A stretch of 64,000 nt of DNA from NCBI GenBank assembly GCA_951406725.2, contig OX597825.1, forward strand, positions 21,514,001 to 21,578,000. The letters are read 5' to 3'. Shown here piece by piece: positions 27,613 through 40,999 of the stretch; positions within the stretch are counted from its first letter, which is position 1; each line of letters opens with the position of its first letter. Both the position numbers and the translations under genes were made by a program. Under the pieces are notes generated by a model that was given only the letters and a program-made list of their open reading frames with translations, was not told the DNA's origin and made no database searches. The DNA comes from Octopus vulgaris. Lineage: Eukaryota.

Positions 27613-28035
27613 TCTCTCTCTTTTACTCTTTTAATATTTTACTTGTTTCAGTCATTTGACTGCGGCCATGCTGGAGCACCGCCTTTAGTCGAGAAAATCG
27701 ACCCCGGGACTTATTCTTTGTAAGCCCAGTACTTATTCTATCGGTTTCTTTTGCCGAACCGCTAAGTTACGGGGACGTTAACACACCAGCATCGGTTGTC
27801 AAGCAATGCTAGAGGGATAAACACAGACACACAAACATATACACACACATACATATATATATATATATACATATATACGACTGGCTTCTTTCAGTTTCCC
27901 TCTACCGAATCCACTCACAAGGCATTGGTCGGCCCGAGGCTATAGCAGAAGACACTTGCCCAAGATGCCACGCAGTGGGACTGAACCCGGAACCACGTGG
28001 TTGGTTAGCAATCTACTTACCACAGCTACTCCTGC
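27613..28035 (-). mobile_element. SINE family A, full length
   Basis: Match to other family A copies. Confidence 0.85.
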
Positions 28036-28266
28036 AGATAAGTTCTGCTCTTTGTGGATCTTAAAATGTCTATTGAGGCCTCCGTTGGATTTGCAAACCT
28101 TCTGGCATACACTGCATTCAACGGTGTGCACAGGCATATAGGCAGATGAGATTTGAGGTCAGCAATAAGCATGTGTGGTCTGTGACAGACTTTGCACACA
28201 AAGAGGTCATTGTCATTCACCTTCTTGATCGATACATTCTTCCTTAGATCTCTTTTGATTCTTACT
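28036..28266 (-). pseudogene. Fragment with two C2H2-like zinc fingers, probably the C-terminus of an RTE-type LINE ORF
   Basis: [20 protein letters not shown] and, after a frameshift, [23 protein letters not shown]; no convincing splice signals. Confidence 0.5.
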
Positions 28267-28431
28267 TGCGAGAGAGAGAGAGAGGGGTGGAGAGAGAAAG
28301 AAAGTGCAGTGTTGGAAGAGAGTGGGCGTGAGGTGGAGGGAGAAAGTACGTATATATATATGTGCGTGTGTTTGTTTGTGTGTGTGTGTGTATATCTATG
28401 TATATATGTATATATATATATATATATATAC

Positions 28432-28576
<145 letters not shown>

Positions 28577-28927
28577 ATATAAATTAGGTATATATATATA
28601 TAATTTTCATTTTTCACACTCGAGAAATACCTAAGCCTAGTAGATATAAAAAGCCGAGTACAAAGAGTTATAGCTATTCTTTCTACTAAAAGGGAGATCT
28701 CAGTAAAAACACAGCACTTGAAAGGCAAACACAGACAGGTAAGAGAGAATGAAATGACGGCATATATACCCAACTTCTTTTCTCATCAGCGTAGGACACT
28801 ACAATTATGAATAATTGTATATTAAATTTTGAGATACTAGAAGGCATCATCTCAACTCAGTATCAGAGCGAGCTAAAGCCATTACCAGTACCACCATATA
28901 TATACATATGGGAGGAATGACCACTAT

Positions 28928-29804
28928 GTGGACAACCCTTATGCTAGAAGTAGATCCGCTATGGTCTTACCACTAAGAAATGTCCTCAAAAAATCCGGAG
29001 GGATTGCAATCCCAGAGGCACAATCAGTGCGTGACCTGGGTATTCACATGAGTGATGACGCGACCTTTCATGTACATGTTGCTAAACTGACAATGAAATG
29101 TAGACGGCTGGCTGGATGGATTCTTAGAACCTTTAGAACAAGAGAACAAGAAACCATGATGGTCCTCTGGAAGACACTTGTCCTAAGCCACTTTGACTAT
29201 TGCTCTCAGCTATGGTCACCATCCAGTGTCAAGTTGATCACAGAACTTGAGGCGATCCAACGAAGCTACACAAAGAAGATAGCCTCTATGCAGAATGTAA
29301 GCTACTGGGAAAGACTCAAGAGATTAAAATTATATTCCCTGGAGCGTAGGCGGGAAAGATATGCCATAATATACATCTGGAAGATCCTGGAGGGAAGTGT
29401 CCTGAACTTTGGCATCGAGAGTTACGCAAATGCCAGAACTGGGCGCCACTGCGTGGTGCCTAGGACTCCAAACCTGCCATCAAGATGTAGGACAAGATTC
29501 TGTGATAGCCTGGGCTTCCGAGGCCCACAGCTCTTCAATATCCTCCCGAAGAACCTGAGAGACCTGCATGGGGTGGATACAGATGTCTTTAAAATGAAGC
29601 TGGATCTCTTCCTGTCAGGTGTCCCAGATGAACCAACTTCACGGCAGGAGGGGCAGATGAGGGCAGCTGCATCGAACTCTCTCATGCACCAAATAGCAGT
29701 TGCTAGAAAGCCTCCATGAAGTGAAACCAAGTAGCAACACCAAATGGCGGTGCTCCAGCATGGCCACAGCTCATAAGCTGAAACTAGAATCAATCAATCA
29801 ATCA
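28928..29804 (+). mobile_element. CR1-group LINE, 5'-truncated (RT C-terminal region, 3'UTR and (ATCA)n tail)
   Basis: ORF 28928-29719 contains VRDLGI...LVLSHFDYCSQLWSP...LEAIQR...SYWERLKRLKLYSLERRRER. LINE homology begins around 28990. Confidence 0.9.
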
Positions 29805-30974
29805 AAAAGTATAAATAGCAATTGGTATAAATTGCATCAATGACTTGAACTTGAATAAGTGGTTTCACATGAATGGGAATAAATTAAAAATAAAATTAGC
29901 GTGCAGAAATGGAATAGTCCAGATGGAGCTGTGCTTTTACATTAGATTATCTGCTAATTAGCTAGCATTAAGTATCTATATGAAGTTTGGCTGTATGTAA
30001 TATCTGTTTTCTCGAACAGCCGCTTCTACAGAGTACTGCTGTTGGTTTATTTCTTATACATAAAGGACTAAAGCTTCAACTGCTTACTGCTTTCTGATTC
30101 ATCGTAAGGTTTGTTGTTATTATTATTACTGTTTAACTATTGTTATCACGTTTGTTGGTTCCTCGTAAAAGAAACATTGTTGTGTTGCATTTGTTAAATA
30201 ATTGTAAACTGTAACCCTCCCCTTTGGGAGAAGGAGCTTTGGTTATTGTTTAAAAATTGAATTGTGTCCCTGTTTGGGGAAATTGACAATATTTTCACCG
30301 TTTACACAGAAAGCATTTTTGTTACAATGCCTTCGATAGAAGAAAGTCCAAAAAGGAATTTCGCTGCAACCGTCGGTGGGCGCAAACTCATTGAAATTAA
30401 AATGGAAGAAATACGGATTCATCACCGACAAAGACGGTAAATCTAGGATAACACCACCAAACGAAATAAAAAATTAAATTAAAGTAAAATACTATTTTCT
30501 ATAAAGTATACAATGTAGAGAAAAAAGATTTGAACACCTGGTGGAAAGCACCATCGAAAAGTGTCTTGGTGCGACTATGAAAGATATCTAACTAGAGGCG
30601 GTAAATTCGCCACAATAGAAGCAAGGTTCGAGTCAACGGAGCGTGCAAGGAGTACTCGACTCGAACCTTGCAAAGTGGAAATATTTTATTTTTACCTTTA
30701 TATCTGGGATGTAGGACGTCCCAGATAAAAATTTAAAATGTCCCCCCAGAAGTAGAGGTAGGCTGGATTGTAGCCACACTTCTATACAAGAGGGAGGACA
30801 AGATACAATTGATCGAAATTGCGAGAGACGAGCCTACAATTCCAGTCTGTTATATATTTTGAGTATTGTTATCACTAGCGATATCAAGATATAACTTTGT
30901 ATTTTATGTGTAGATGTATATATATATAGATGTACATGTAATATGTACACATATATATACACATATATACATGC

Positions 30975-31016
30975 ACTAGCACTATGACCCGGCAACGACG
31001 GGTCATAATGCCAGTA
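30975..31016. mobile_element. Isolated Helitron-type terminal hairpin remnant
   Basis: CTAGCACTATGACCCGGCAACGACGGGTCATAATGCCAG resembles the CTAG-adjacent hairpin at 54433. Confidence 0.4.
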
Positions 31017-31799
31017 TATATATATATATATATATAAATGAAAACTTACTGTGGACAAGGCTGCATGGTGTTCCATTTATGTGTACGTGTGTACGTGTGT
31101 GTGTGTGTGTGTGTATAGATATAACCACAGTCAAATGACTGAAATTAGTAAAAGAATAAAAGAATATATATATATATATGTGCGTATTTCAGTAATGTGA
31201 GGCCCTATGACGTTTCAGGAAATATTTTTTAACACCTGTGTAAGCTTTTGGATTCTTTTAAATAGGAAGATTACGATCATACAAGTTCCTTAACATGTCT
31301 GCTGGCCACCCATTCCCCCTCTTCAAAATCCCCCCACCCCACCCCCAATTTTTTACCCCGATCCACTTTGGCACAACCACGTTTTTATTTTCATTTTTGT
31401 TTCTGTTTGTTTCTTTAAACACCCTTTACGGACTTACTATTGCAGAATTAATATGAAATATAAAAAAAGTGAAATAAAATAAAATACGATAAAATATGGA
31501 AAAAAAAATAAAAGAAAAAATTGAGAATCTAAAAATATAAGATACACAAAATAGACAAACGAAAGGAATGGATTTTCGGGGTTGAGTATAAAGAATGCAA
31601 TTGTCAGTTTAGGGGCCTGAAAAATGTTTTGGGGTCAAGTTGTGATGGCGTGTAGATCAGTTAAACGTGACATGAAGTGAGTTTAACAGATTAATAGGAA
31701 CAAAGTTGTATTGAAAGACATATTGGAAAGATTTGGATTATCGACTTAATGATAACAGTTATTTCAACGAAACTGGTGGCGGATACAGAATACGGGACG

Positions 31800-32410
31800 G
31801 GATGGAGGGAGAGGGAGGGAGAGAGAGGGAGAGAGAAGGAGAGAGAGGGAGAGATAGGAGGGAGAGAGAGAGAGGAGAGATAGGGGGAGAGAAAGAGAGA
31901 GCGAGAGTGGGAGAGTGTATGTAAGAGAGAGCGAGAGTGGGAGAGTGTATGTAAGAGATAAAGAGAGAGAGAGGGAAAGAGGGAGAGAAAGAGAGAGCGA
32001 GAGTGAGAGAGTGTATGTAAGAGAGGGAGAGAGGGGAGAGAAAGAGAGAGCGAGAGTGAGAGATTGTATGTAAGCGAGAGTGAGAGAGTGTATGTAAGAG
32101 AGGGAGAGAGGGGAGAGAAAGAGAGAGCGAGAGTGAGAGAGTGTATGTAAGAGAGAGAGAGAGAGTGTGAGAGAGAGAGAGAGAACGAGAGAGAGACAGA
32201 GAACGAAAGAGAGAGAAAACGTGTACGGTTGGAAGAGAGTGGGTATGAGCAGGAGGGAGAGAGTAAATATAACAACGAGAGAGACAAAGAACAACAAAAT
32301 ATGTGTGTGTGTATGAATGAGAGAGAGGGAGAGAGAGAGAGAGGGAGGAAGAGAAAGAAAGAGGAGAGTGAGAAAAGGAGAGAAAGTAAGGAGAAAAAGA
32401 GAAAGAAGAA
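31800..32410. repeat. Polypurine (GA-rich) tract with higher-order units containing GAGAGCGAGAGTGAGAGAGTGTATGTAA
   Basis: Seen directly. Confidence 0.9.
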
Positions 32411-32685
32411 CAAGACTGTTTCTCGCTGTTATAAACCTCGTTTAGACACGATTTAGATATTCACGCATGTACTGAAGTTTATATGTGAGTATATATTGTT
32501 TAAACAGAAATCTAAACCTCCCCACACACTCACACACACACACACACACACTCACTCACACACATAACTATCTACATACTACATACATATATGTACGTAC
32601 GTATGTAATATATATATATGAGTGTATATTATATATATATATATACACTATACACACACACATATACATATATACATATACATAC

Positions 32686-32718
<33 letters not shown>

Positions 32719-32811
32719 GATATATACATATCTATATATATATACATATATGTATGTATGTATATATATATATATATATATACATACATACATATATGTA
32801 TATATATATAG

Positions 32812-32868
<57 letters not shown>

Positions 32869-33292
32869 GTGTGTGTATATGTATATGATTAGGCAAATTC
32901 ATGAACGAAAACCGGGAAAGGACAGCATAAGTCAATTGGGCGTACACAATGAATAGTAAAAGTCTTAGATGGAGAAATAGGATTAGAAATTACGTTTCGA
33001 TCGTGGCTCTTCGTCAGACAGAGGAAAATTCTAGAGAAGAAGGGGAACGGAAGAAGGATCAGATAATTCAGAAAATAGCACGTGTGTCGTTACATATATT
33101 TTTAATAACAGCAAGGTAGTCTCAGTTTCACATAACATTTCTATCTCATCAGGTGGTAAGAGCTCAAGGTATCTGATGGGATTAACATATTCTACTCGCC
33201 TACGAAATTAAGTCATGTGGAGCTGCTTCAAACTGTTATTAAACACATATATCAACTTACAAATGAGAGTGTAAGTTTAACTGCATTGAAGA

Positions 33293-33708
33293 AAGTTCGA
33301 TTCCTGGAGATCCGATGAAAGGTCTTGAACTTACAGAATTTGTGCATCTCCATATATAGCTCATAGTGAAATGTTAATCAAGTTATGTGAAGAAATTTTG
33401 GATACCGTCATGCGAAATTTCTGTGAATCCGAGTAAGAAGCAAAGTTACTGTCATATCGTGTAGAGGAACAGATTGTTATTGAAATTTACAAGAATCACA
33501 GATAAGTTCGATTCCTGGAGATCCGATGAAAGGTCTTGAACTTAGAGAATATGTGCATGTCTATATAGTTCATAGTGAATTATTAATCAAGTTATGTGAA
33601 GAAATTTTGGGTACAATCGTGCGAAATTTTAGGGAATCCGAGTGAGAAGCAAAGTGACAATCTTATTCTGTAGAGGAACAGATTGTTATTGAAATTTACA
33701 AGAATCAC
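33293..33708. repeat. Diverged tandem duplication, about 211-bp period, 2 copies
   Basis: AAGTTCGATTCCTGGAGATCCGATGAAAGGTCTTGAAC starts at 33293 and 33504; both copies end GAAATTTACAAGAATCACA. Confidence 0.9.
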
Positions 33709-33930
33709 AAAGAGGAGGAAGGAAGTAGAATTTAGTCAGATGTATAGTAGAAATATGTTACAAAAAGAAAATATGAAAAAACAACGAAAATGCACGTTGT
33801 AAATAAAAATAGAAACAGGCTTTTTTATGAAAGGTAACGATAAATATATACATTTAGATGAACTGAGGTAGTCTTTTATATTTTTATTTTTATTTACAAT
33901 GTGCATTTTCGTTGATTTTTCATATTTTAC

Positions 33931-33973
<43 letters not shown>

Positions 33974-34210
33974 GATGGAAACGTAGGTATACAGTTATGA
34001 AAAAAGAAAACACGTACAATACTCATATATTTTTTATTAAAAACAATTAAAGGTTACGATAAAAGTATCATTATAGGTATGATAAATGTATTATTGTGAT
34101 TAAAGACACGGAAAATATCAGAAATGAGGTGAACTAATCTAATGTGTTAAATGAATTAAGTATTATATCATTGATGCGATACTTACTGTATACCTACATT
34201 TGCTCCCCTT

Positions 34211-34288
<78 letters not shown>

Positions 34289-34566
34289 TATATACATACA
34301 TATATATATGTATATACATATATATACATACATACATATATATATATGTATATACATATATATACATACATATATATATATATATATATATGCATACATA
34401 TATATATATATATATACATACATATATATATATTTATTTCAGTTACCGTCTAAAAAATCCATCTACAAGCTTTGGAAGACAGTGTCCAAGGTGCCACGCA
34501 GTGGGACCGTACCCGGGATCATGTTGTTGGGAAGCAAGCCTCTTACTAGACACCCACTCCTGCGCC

Positions 34567-34598
<32 letters not shown>

Positions 34599-34760
34599 CG
34601 AGATCTGAAACAGTGATTTACCTGTTTATTCTTAATACGTTACTGCAGATTTAAATGCAAAAATATGCTAGTTGCCGTTGTATACGTCATACGGGAACAA
34701 CTTCTCTCTTTTACGACGACAGTGTTTTCATAACATACTCGGCTTATTGGTACATGGGAT

Positions 34761-34805
34761 TCTGGGACACCGACGTTTCGACATTTTGTATCTCGTCAGC
34801 TCATG
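34761..34805 (-). ncRNA. Minimal hammerhead-like motif (family shared with 51616)
   Basis: Minus strand: G-CTGACGA-GATA-caaaa-TGTC-GAAA-CGTCGGTG-TC-CCAGA; stem I is weak. Confidence 0.5.
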
Positions 34806-35209
34806 TCTATTAAAGAGTTTGCAGGAGATAACACTACAACGCACCTAAATTGAGCCTGAAAACTTTACTTTAGAGCTAATAACGGTAGATAAAATTGCTA
34901 CTTATTTATTCTTCTGTAAAAGTTAAGATAACGAAAATCATAATTCAGTTTACTGTAAAGACTGATTGAGAGCGCAGCAGTAAGGTGAAGAGAGGTAAAT
35001 GTATAAGATGCCCTGCTACTGTGAATGCCCTGCTATTGTGACAGAAGACTCAAGAGAATGCAAATGAATTTGCACAGAATAACCTCTGCCTGGCCATTAT
35101 CAAGGAGAGAACAGTTCCCGTTCTCTTTCTTCTGTTGCTTTTCAACTGAACTTATGGTAAATAGGCCTGGGTTGGTGTGACTGAAGTTGATTAATTTAAC
35201 TTATAATAA

Positions 35210-35620
35210 AGAGTGGCTGTGTGGTACGTAGCTTGCTAACCAACCACATGGTTCTGGGTTCACTCCCACTGCGTGGCATCTTGGGCAAGTGTCTTCTGCT
35301 ATAGCCCCGGGCCGACCAATGCCTTGTGAGTGGATTTGGTAGACGGAAACTAAAAGAAGCCTGTCGTATATATGTATTTATATATATGTGTGTGTGTGTG
35401 TTTGTGTGTCTGTGTTTGTCCCCCTAGCATTGCTTGACAACCGATGCTGGTGTGTTTACGTCCCCGTCACTTAGCGGTTCGGCAAAAGAGACCGATAGAA
35501 TAAGTACTGGGCTTAGAAAAGAATAAGTCCCGGGGTCGATTTGCTCGACTAAAGGCGGTGCTCCAGCATGGCCGCAGTCAAATAACTGAAACAAGTAAAA
35601 GAGTAAAAGAGTAAGAGTAA
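35210..35620 (+). mobile_element. SINE family A, near full length
   Basis: Match to the family consensus including the internal microsatellite and 3' tail. Confidence 0.88.
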
Positions 35621-36059
35621 AAAAATGAGATCGGAAAATTGTTTTCTCTTTTTAAAATTTAGATAAAATCATATCGTGAGAAATTATCTCGGAATTTTAA
35701 GTGCTTGAAACATGAGACAGCAACTCTACAGATTTGGTGACAGTGTTCGATATATTGTTAAAAATTACTTGTAAAACGGATTTATCGTTACAATGGCTTT
35801 TCAATGTAAGTCTTAAGTGCACCAAATTAACGGTTGATCTCTAATACAGATAGAAGGCAAGAGCTTTAAGATGAGAAGATAGTCACTCAAAGCTCTGCCT
35901 CTCCAAAATCTTGTCCTCCAGATATTGATGGTAATGATGTGTGTACTTTGTAACAAACTTAGAAAAGGAAGTATATAATCGATTGAATAGTAACCGGATT
36001 GAATATAGGCCACTAAAGAGATGAAAAACATATCACAGCCAGCTTCGTTTTAATATAAT

Positions 36060-37505
36060 CCTTTCTACTGTAGGCACAAGGCCTGGAATTTGAGGGGAGG
36101 GGATTGGTCGATTACATCGACCCCAGTGTTTCATTGGTACTTATTTTATTGCCTCGAGAGGATGAAAGTTAAAGTCGACCTCGGTGGAATTTGAACTCAG
36201 AACGTTGCGACTGACGAAATACCTATTTATTTACTGCCCACAAGAGACTACGCACAGAGGGGACAAACAAGGAAAGACAAACGGATTAAGTCGATTACAT
36301 CGACCCCAGTGCGTAACTGGTACTTATTTAATCGACCCCGAAAGGATGAAAGGCAAACTCGACCTCGGCGGAATTTGAACTCAGAACGTAACGGCAGACG
36401 AAATACGGCTACACATTTCGCCTGGTGTGCTAACGTTTCTGCCAGCACGCCGCCTTCAGCTTCGCTTTAATATAATGCAACTAGAATCGTCTGTCTTTAC
36501 ATTCTGAATTCAAATTCCACCGAGGTAGACTTTGCTTTTCATCCTTTCAGGGTCGATAAATAAAGTAGCAGTTGCATACTGCGGTCAATCTAACCGACTG
36601 TCACCCCACCCTTACAATTTCGGGCGTTGTGCCTAGAGTAGAAAAGAATATAATGCAACTACAATACGGCTGGTAGAATCGTTAGCACGAAGAGCGAAAT
36701 GCTTAGCAACACATCGTCCGTCCTTACGGTCTGAGTTGAAATTGCACCGAGGTCGATTTTAGCAGGATTTGAACTCAGACATAAAGAGCCGGATAAAACG
36801 TACTTAAAACTTCCTTCAGAGTTCAGACACAAGGCCAGCAAATTTGAGAGGAAGGGCATGTCGATTCCAGCGTTCCGAGTGCGCAGTTAGTGCTTTATTT
36901 TATCCCCACCGATATGATGGAAGGAAATGTCAACATCGGCGGCATTTCGACACAGATTTAAAGCCGGAAGAAATACCTATTTCTTTATTGCTCACAAGGG
37001 GCTAAACATAGAGGGGACAAACAAGGAGAGACATAGGTATTAAGTCGATTACATCGACCCCAGTGCGTAACTGGTGCTTAAATTATCGACCCCAAAAGGA
37101 TGAAAGGCAAAGTCGACCTCGGCGGAATTTGAACTCACAACGAAATACCGCAGACGAAATACCGCAAAGCATTTCGCCCGGCGTGGTAACGCTTCTCCCA
37201 GCTCGCCTTAAGCCGGAAGAAATACCATTAAGAATTTTATCCGGCATGTTAACGATTTTGTTACCTCGCCTCCTTAAACGTCATTAATAGTTTCAAATAT
37301 AGGCATAAGGCCTGAGTTTATTTTAAGGTTGGGGGCTAGTCGATTATATTGATCCCCTTGTTCAACTGGTAGTTATTTCATTGATCTTCGAAAGGATGAA
37401 AGTCAAAGTCGGCTTCGGTGGAATTTGAACTCAGAACGTAAAGCTGGACGAGATATCGCCAGGCATTTTACCATGCGTGCTAACGCTTCTGCCAGCTCGC
37501 CTTCT
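36060..37505. mobile_element. Cluster of family B SINE copies (mostly minus strand), several with TSDs
   Basis: 36060-36456 is flanked by TSD CAGCTTCG(T/C)TTTAATATAAT (36040, 36457); 36484-36646 is flanked by AATATAATGCAACTA; further copies extend to 37505. Confidence 0.8.
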
Positions 37506-38460
37506 TAAACGTCATTAAAAATGGGATTTTACTTTAGATCGAGACCACACATTTATAGTTTGTATTGTTTATTTGCATCAACCTCCCCAGTATTTAACAT
37601 CAATCAACTGAGAAGCTACCGTGGGAAATATATATGCTTCTGACGAGATGACTGAAGTTCATACGATCACAACCGGCTATTTTCTTGGAATAACGAACCA
37701 GAGAAGCCGGCAATAAAAACTTAAACTATTGTTATGGGAAACTACTGATTCAGCTGACATCAATACGGCATTAAGAGGCATTGAAAACATTCTACTAACC
37801 TCCAGAATATATAATATCAAATACTATAGAATATCTTTTTTATTGTCAGGAAATTTAATCTGTTAATGCGGAGAATTAAGGCGGTGAGCTGACAGGCTTG
37901 TTAGTGCGCCGAACAAAATGCTTAGCGGCAACTCTTCCGTTTTAATGCCGTCTTGAGTTCAAATTCTGCCGAGGTCGACTTTGCCTTTTATTCTTTAGCG
38001 GAAGATGAAATAAATAGCAGTTGGGTATCCTTAGCTTATTTTTAGCAGACCAGACACTAAGACATACTAATTATGGCCCCGGCAATTTGCATAAATGAAT
38101 AGAAAATGAGCTAAGAACACAAACGAAGAGTGACCTGTGTCATGCTGGAGCAATAAAGCAATAAAGAAGAATAAAAGTATAATAACTAACATACCGGATA
38201 AATTCTTGATATATTCGAATAACTTTTTATCCCACACTCCCTCCCGCCCTCGCTCCGTCCGTTCGTCCGCTTGCCCGTCCGGCCGTCCGTCCGGCCGTCC
38301 TTCTGCCCGTCCGTCTGTCTATCTATCCGTTCTAATTTCAAATTGCACCGAATCGAGTTTGACTTTCATCCCTTCAAGATCGATCAACAAGATACCTGTT
38401 GAATATTGGATCGAAATTGCTGGCCTTGTGCTAAAATTTGAAACCTACTCATATATATAA

Positions 38461-38540
<80 letters not shown>

Positions 38541-38764
38541 TTTTGCTTGTTTCGGTCATTTGAGTGCGGCTGTGCTGGAATACCGCCCTGTCGGGTTATA
38601 GTCTAAGAAATCGAGCCCAGGTCTTATTCCTTGTAAGCCTAGTACTTATTCTATCTGTCTCATTTGCTGAACTGCTAAGTTACGGGAAGTAAACACACCA
38701 ACATCGATTATCAAGCACGGGAACAAACACAGACATACACATGCACACACATAAATACATGCAT

Positions 38765-38817
<53 letters not shown>

Positions 38818-39220
38818 CACACTCACACACATATATATATTTATTTATTTATTTTTTTGTATTCTTTAATTCTCTTACGAGTTTCAGTCATTTGACTGTA
38901 ACCATGCTGGAGAACCACCTTTAGTCGAACAAACCGACCCCAGAATTTATTCTTTGTAAGCCTAGTACTTATTCTATCGGTCTCTTTTGTAGAAACACTA
39001 GATTACGGGATCTTAAACACACCAACATCGGTTGTCAAGCGATGGTGGGGGTCAAACACAGACACAAATACATACACACACGCACGCACACACACACACA
39101 CACACATACATACATACATACATACAAACATACATGCATGCATGCATGCATACATACATACATACATACATACATACATACATACATACATGCATATATA
39201 TATATATATATATACATACA

Positions 39221-39262
<42 letters not shown>

Positions 39263-39494
39263 AGCTTACCAAATCCACTCACAAGGCTCGAGGCTATAGT
39301 AGAAAATACTTGGCCAAGGTGGTACGCAGTGGGACTGAACCCAGAACCATGTGGTCGGGTAGCAAGTTTCTTACCATACAGCCACACCTATATATAGATA
39401 TATATATATAATAATAATAAAATATTAGGGAATAAATCCAAATTTACAGGGAAAAATCAGATTTAGGATTGAATCCAATTTCATAGTAAAATAT

Positions 39495-40219
39495 TATATA
39501 ATATTAATTAGAGACAAAACCACTATTTGTAAATCAAACAAGGAAAGACTTAATCAATACATAAAAAAATTTTAATATAAAGTAAATAAATCGCCACTAC
39601 AATTGTTTCCTGTCTTCAAATGACATTCATCAGGTGGATTTCATATCTAAAATATCAATTTTTAAAAAATAAATTTAAAATGGCTAAAACTATAAATAAT
39701 ATAAATTCATCAATGAAAAAATATAAAAATATATAATCTATATATAATCTATATATAATCAATATATAATCAAGAACTAAAATAACCTCTATAAACAATT
39801 GAATATAAAGAAACCTATTATTAAAGTTCTCATATTTAAAGATGAAGAATCTAATTTCAAAAAACAAAAAACAAATCTTTAAATATGAGAACTTTAATAA
39901 TAGGTTTCTTTATATTCAATTGTTTATAGAGGTTATTTTAGTTCTTGATTGTATATTGATTATATATTATATATAGATTATATATAGATTATATATTTTT
40001 ATATTTTTTCATTGATAAATTTATATTATTTATAGTTTTAGCCATTTTAAATTTATTTTTTAAAAATTGATATTTTTAGATATGAAATCCACCTGATGAA
40101 TGTCATTTGAAGACAGGAAACAATTGTAGTGTCGATTTATTTACTTTACATTAAAATTTTTTTATGTATTGATTAAGTCTTTCCTTGTTTGATTTACAAA
40201 ATAGTGGTTTTGTCTCTAA

Positions 40220-40232
<13 letters not shown>
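39495..40232. mobile_element. Fold-back element, about 350-bp arms with a 31-nt loop; each arm carries a minimal hammerhead (39594-39637 minus, 40089-40132 plus)
   Basis: Arms 39495-39843 and 39875-40232 are near-perfect reverse complements. Motif: CCAC-CTGATGA-A-TGTC-atttgaa-GACA-G-GAAA-CAATTG-TA/GTGG. Confidence 0.85.
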
Positions 40233-40303
<71 letters not shown>

Positions 40304-40370
40304 ATAGTAATGGTATGACAACAAAAGAATGAATGAGACCTCGAATATTATATAAATAGAGGAATTTATC

Positions 40371-40599
40371 TGTAAATGTAATATGTGACAATTATTCAGT
40401 AGACATGATTAAACCCGAGTTTCGGATTTTGGGGCAGAAACCCACACCGCCATCTCATCAGTTATCCGGCCATCGGATATACCATTTTTTCCGATGGCCG
40501 GATAACTGAAGAGATGGTGGTATGGGTTTCCGCCCGGACATCCGAAACTCGGAGTTTTATCATGGCTACCGAATAACTGTCACATATTATATATTTACA
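40371..40599. mobile_element. Fold-back element, about 107-bp arms with a 12-nt loop; hammerhead motif in each arm (40407-40466 minus, 40501-40561 plus)
   Basis: Plus arm: GATAA-CTGAAGA-GATG...CATC-C-GAAA-CTC-G-GAG-TT/TTATC. The minus arm has CTGATGA at the same position. Confidence 0.8.
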
Positions 40600-40674
40600 T
40601 AATATACATATACATATAATTTTGAATTACTTACGATACATCCTGCGTAAGGTATTTTTACATTCATTCCACTT

Positions 40675-40784
<110 letters not shown>

Positions 40785-40958
40785 CGCTAGCCACTACACA
40801 TTCTTTATTTTCTATCCATCTTTCTTTCTGTGTTCCTCTCTTTGGAAGAGCGTAGGCTCGAAACATTAAAGGCTTTTTCACTTCCCTAGCGTTAAACTAA
40901 TACATGTTTGTTGTCTACGCCACCTGTCTTCGTCTTTTGTTTTGTTTTTGTGAATTCT

Positions 40959-40999
<41 letters not shown>

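Noticed and set aside
33110-33156. Minus-strand CTGATGA...GAAA
   Set aside because: No adequate stem I or stem II pairing.
37638-37675. CTGACGA plus hairpin (similar partial cores at 28783, 41590 and 51358)
   Set aside because: GAAA, stem II or stem III is missing.
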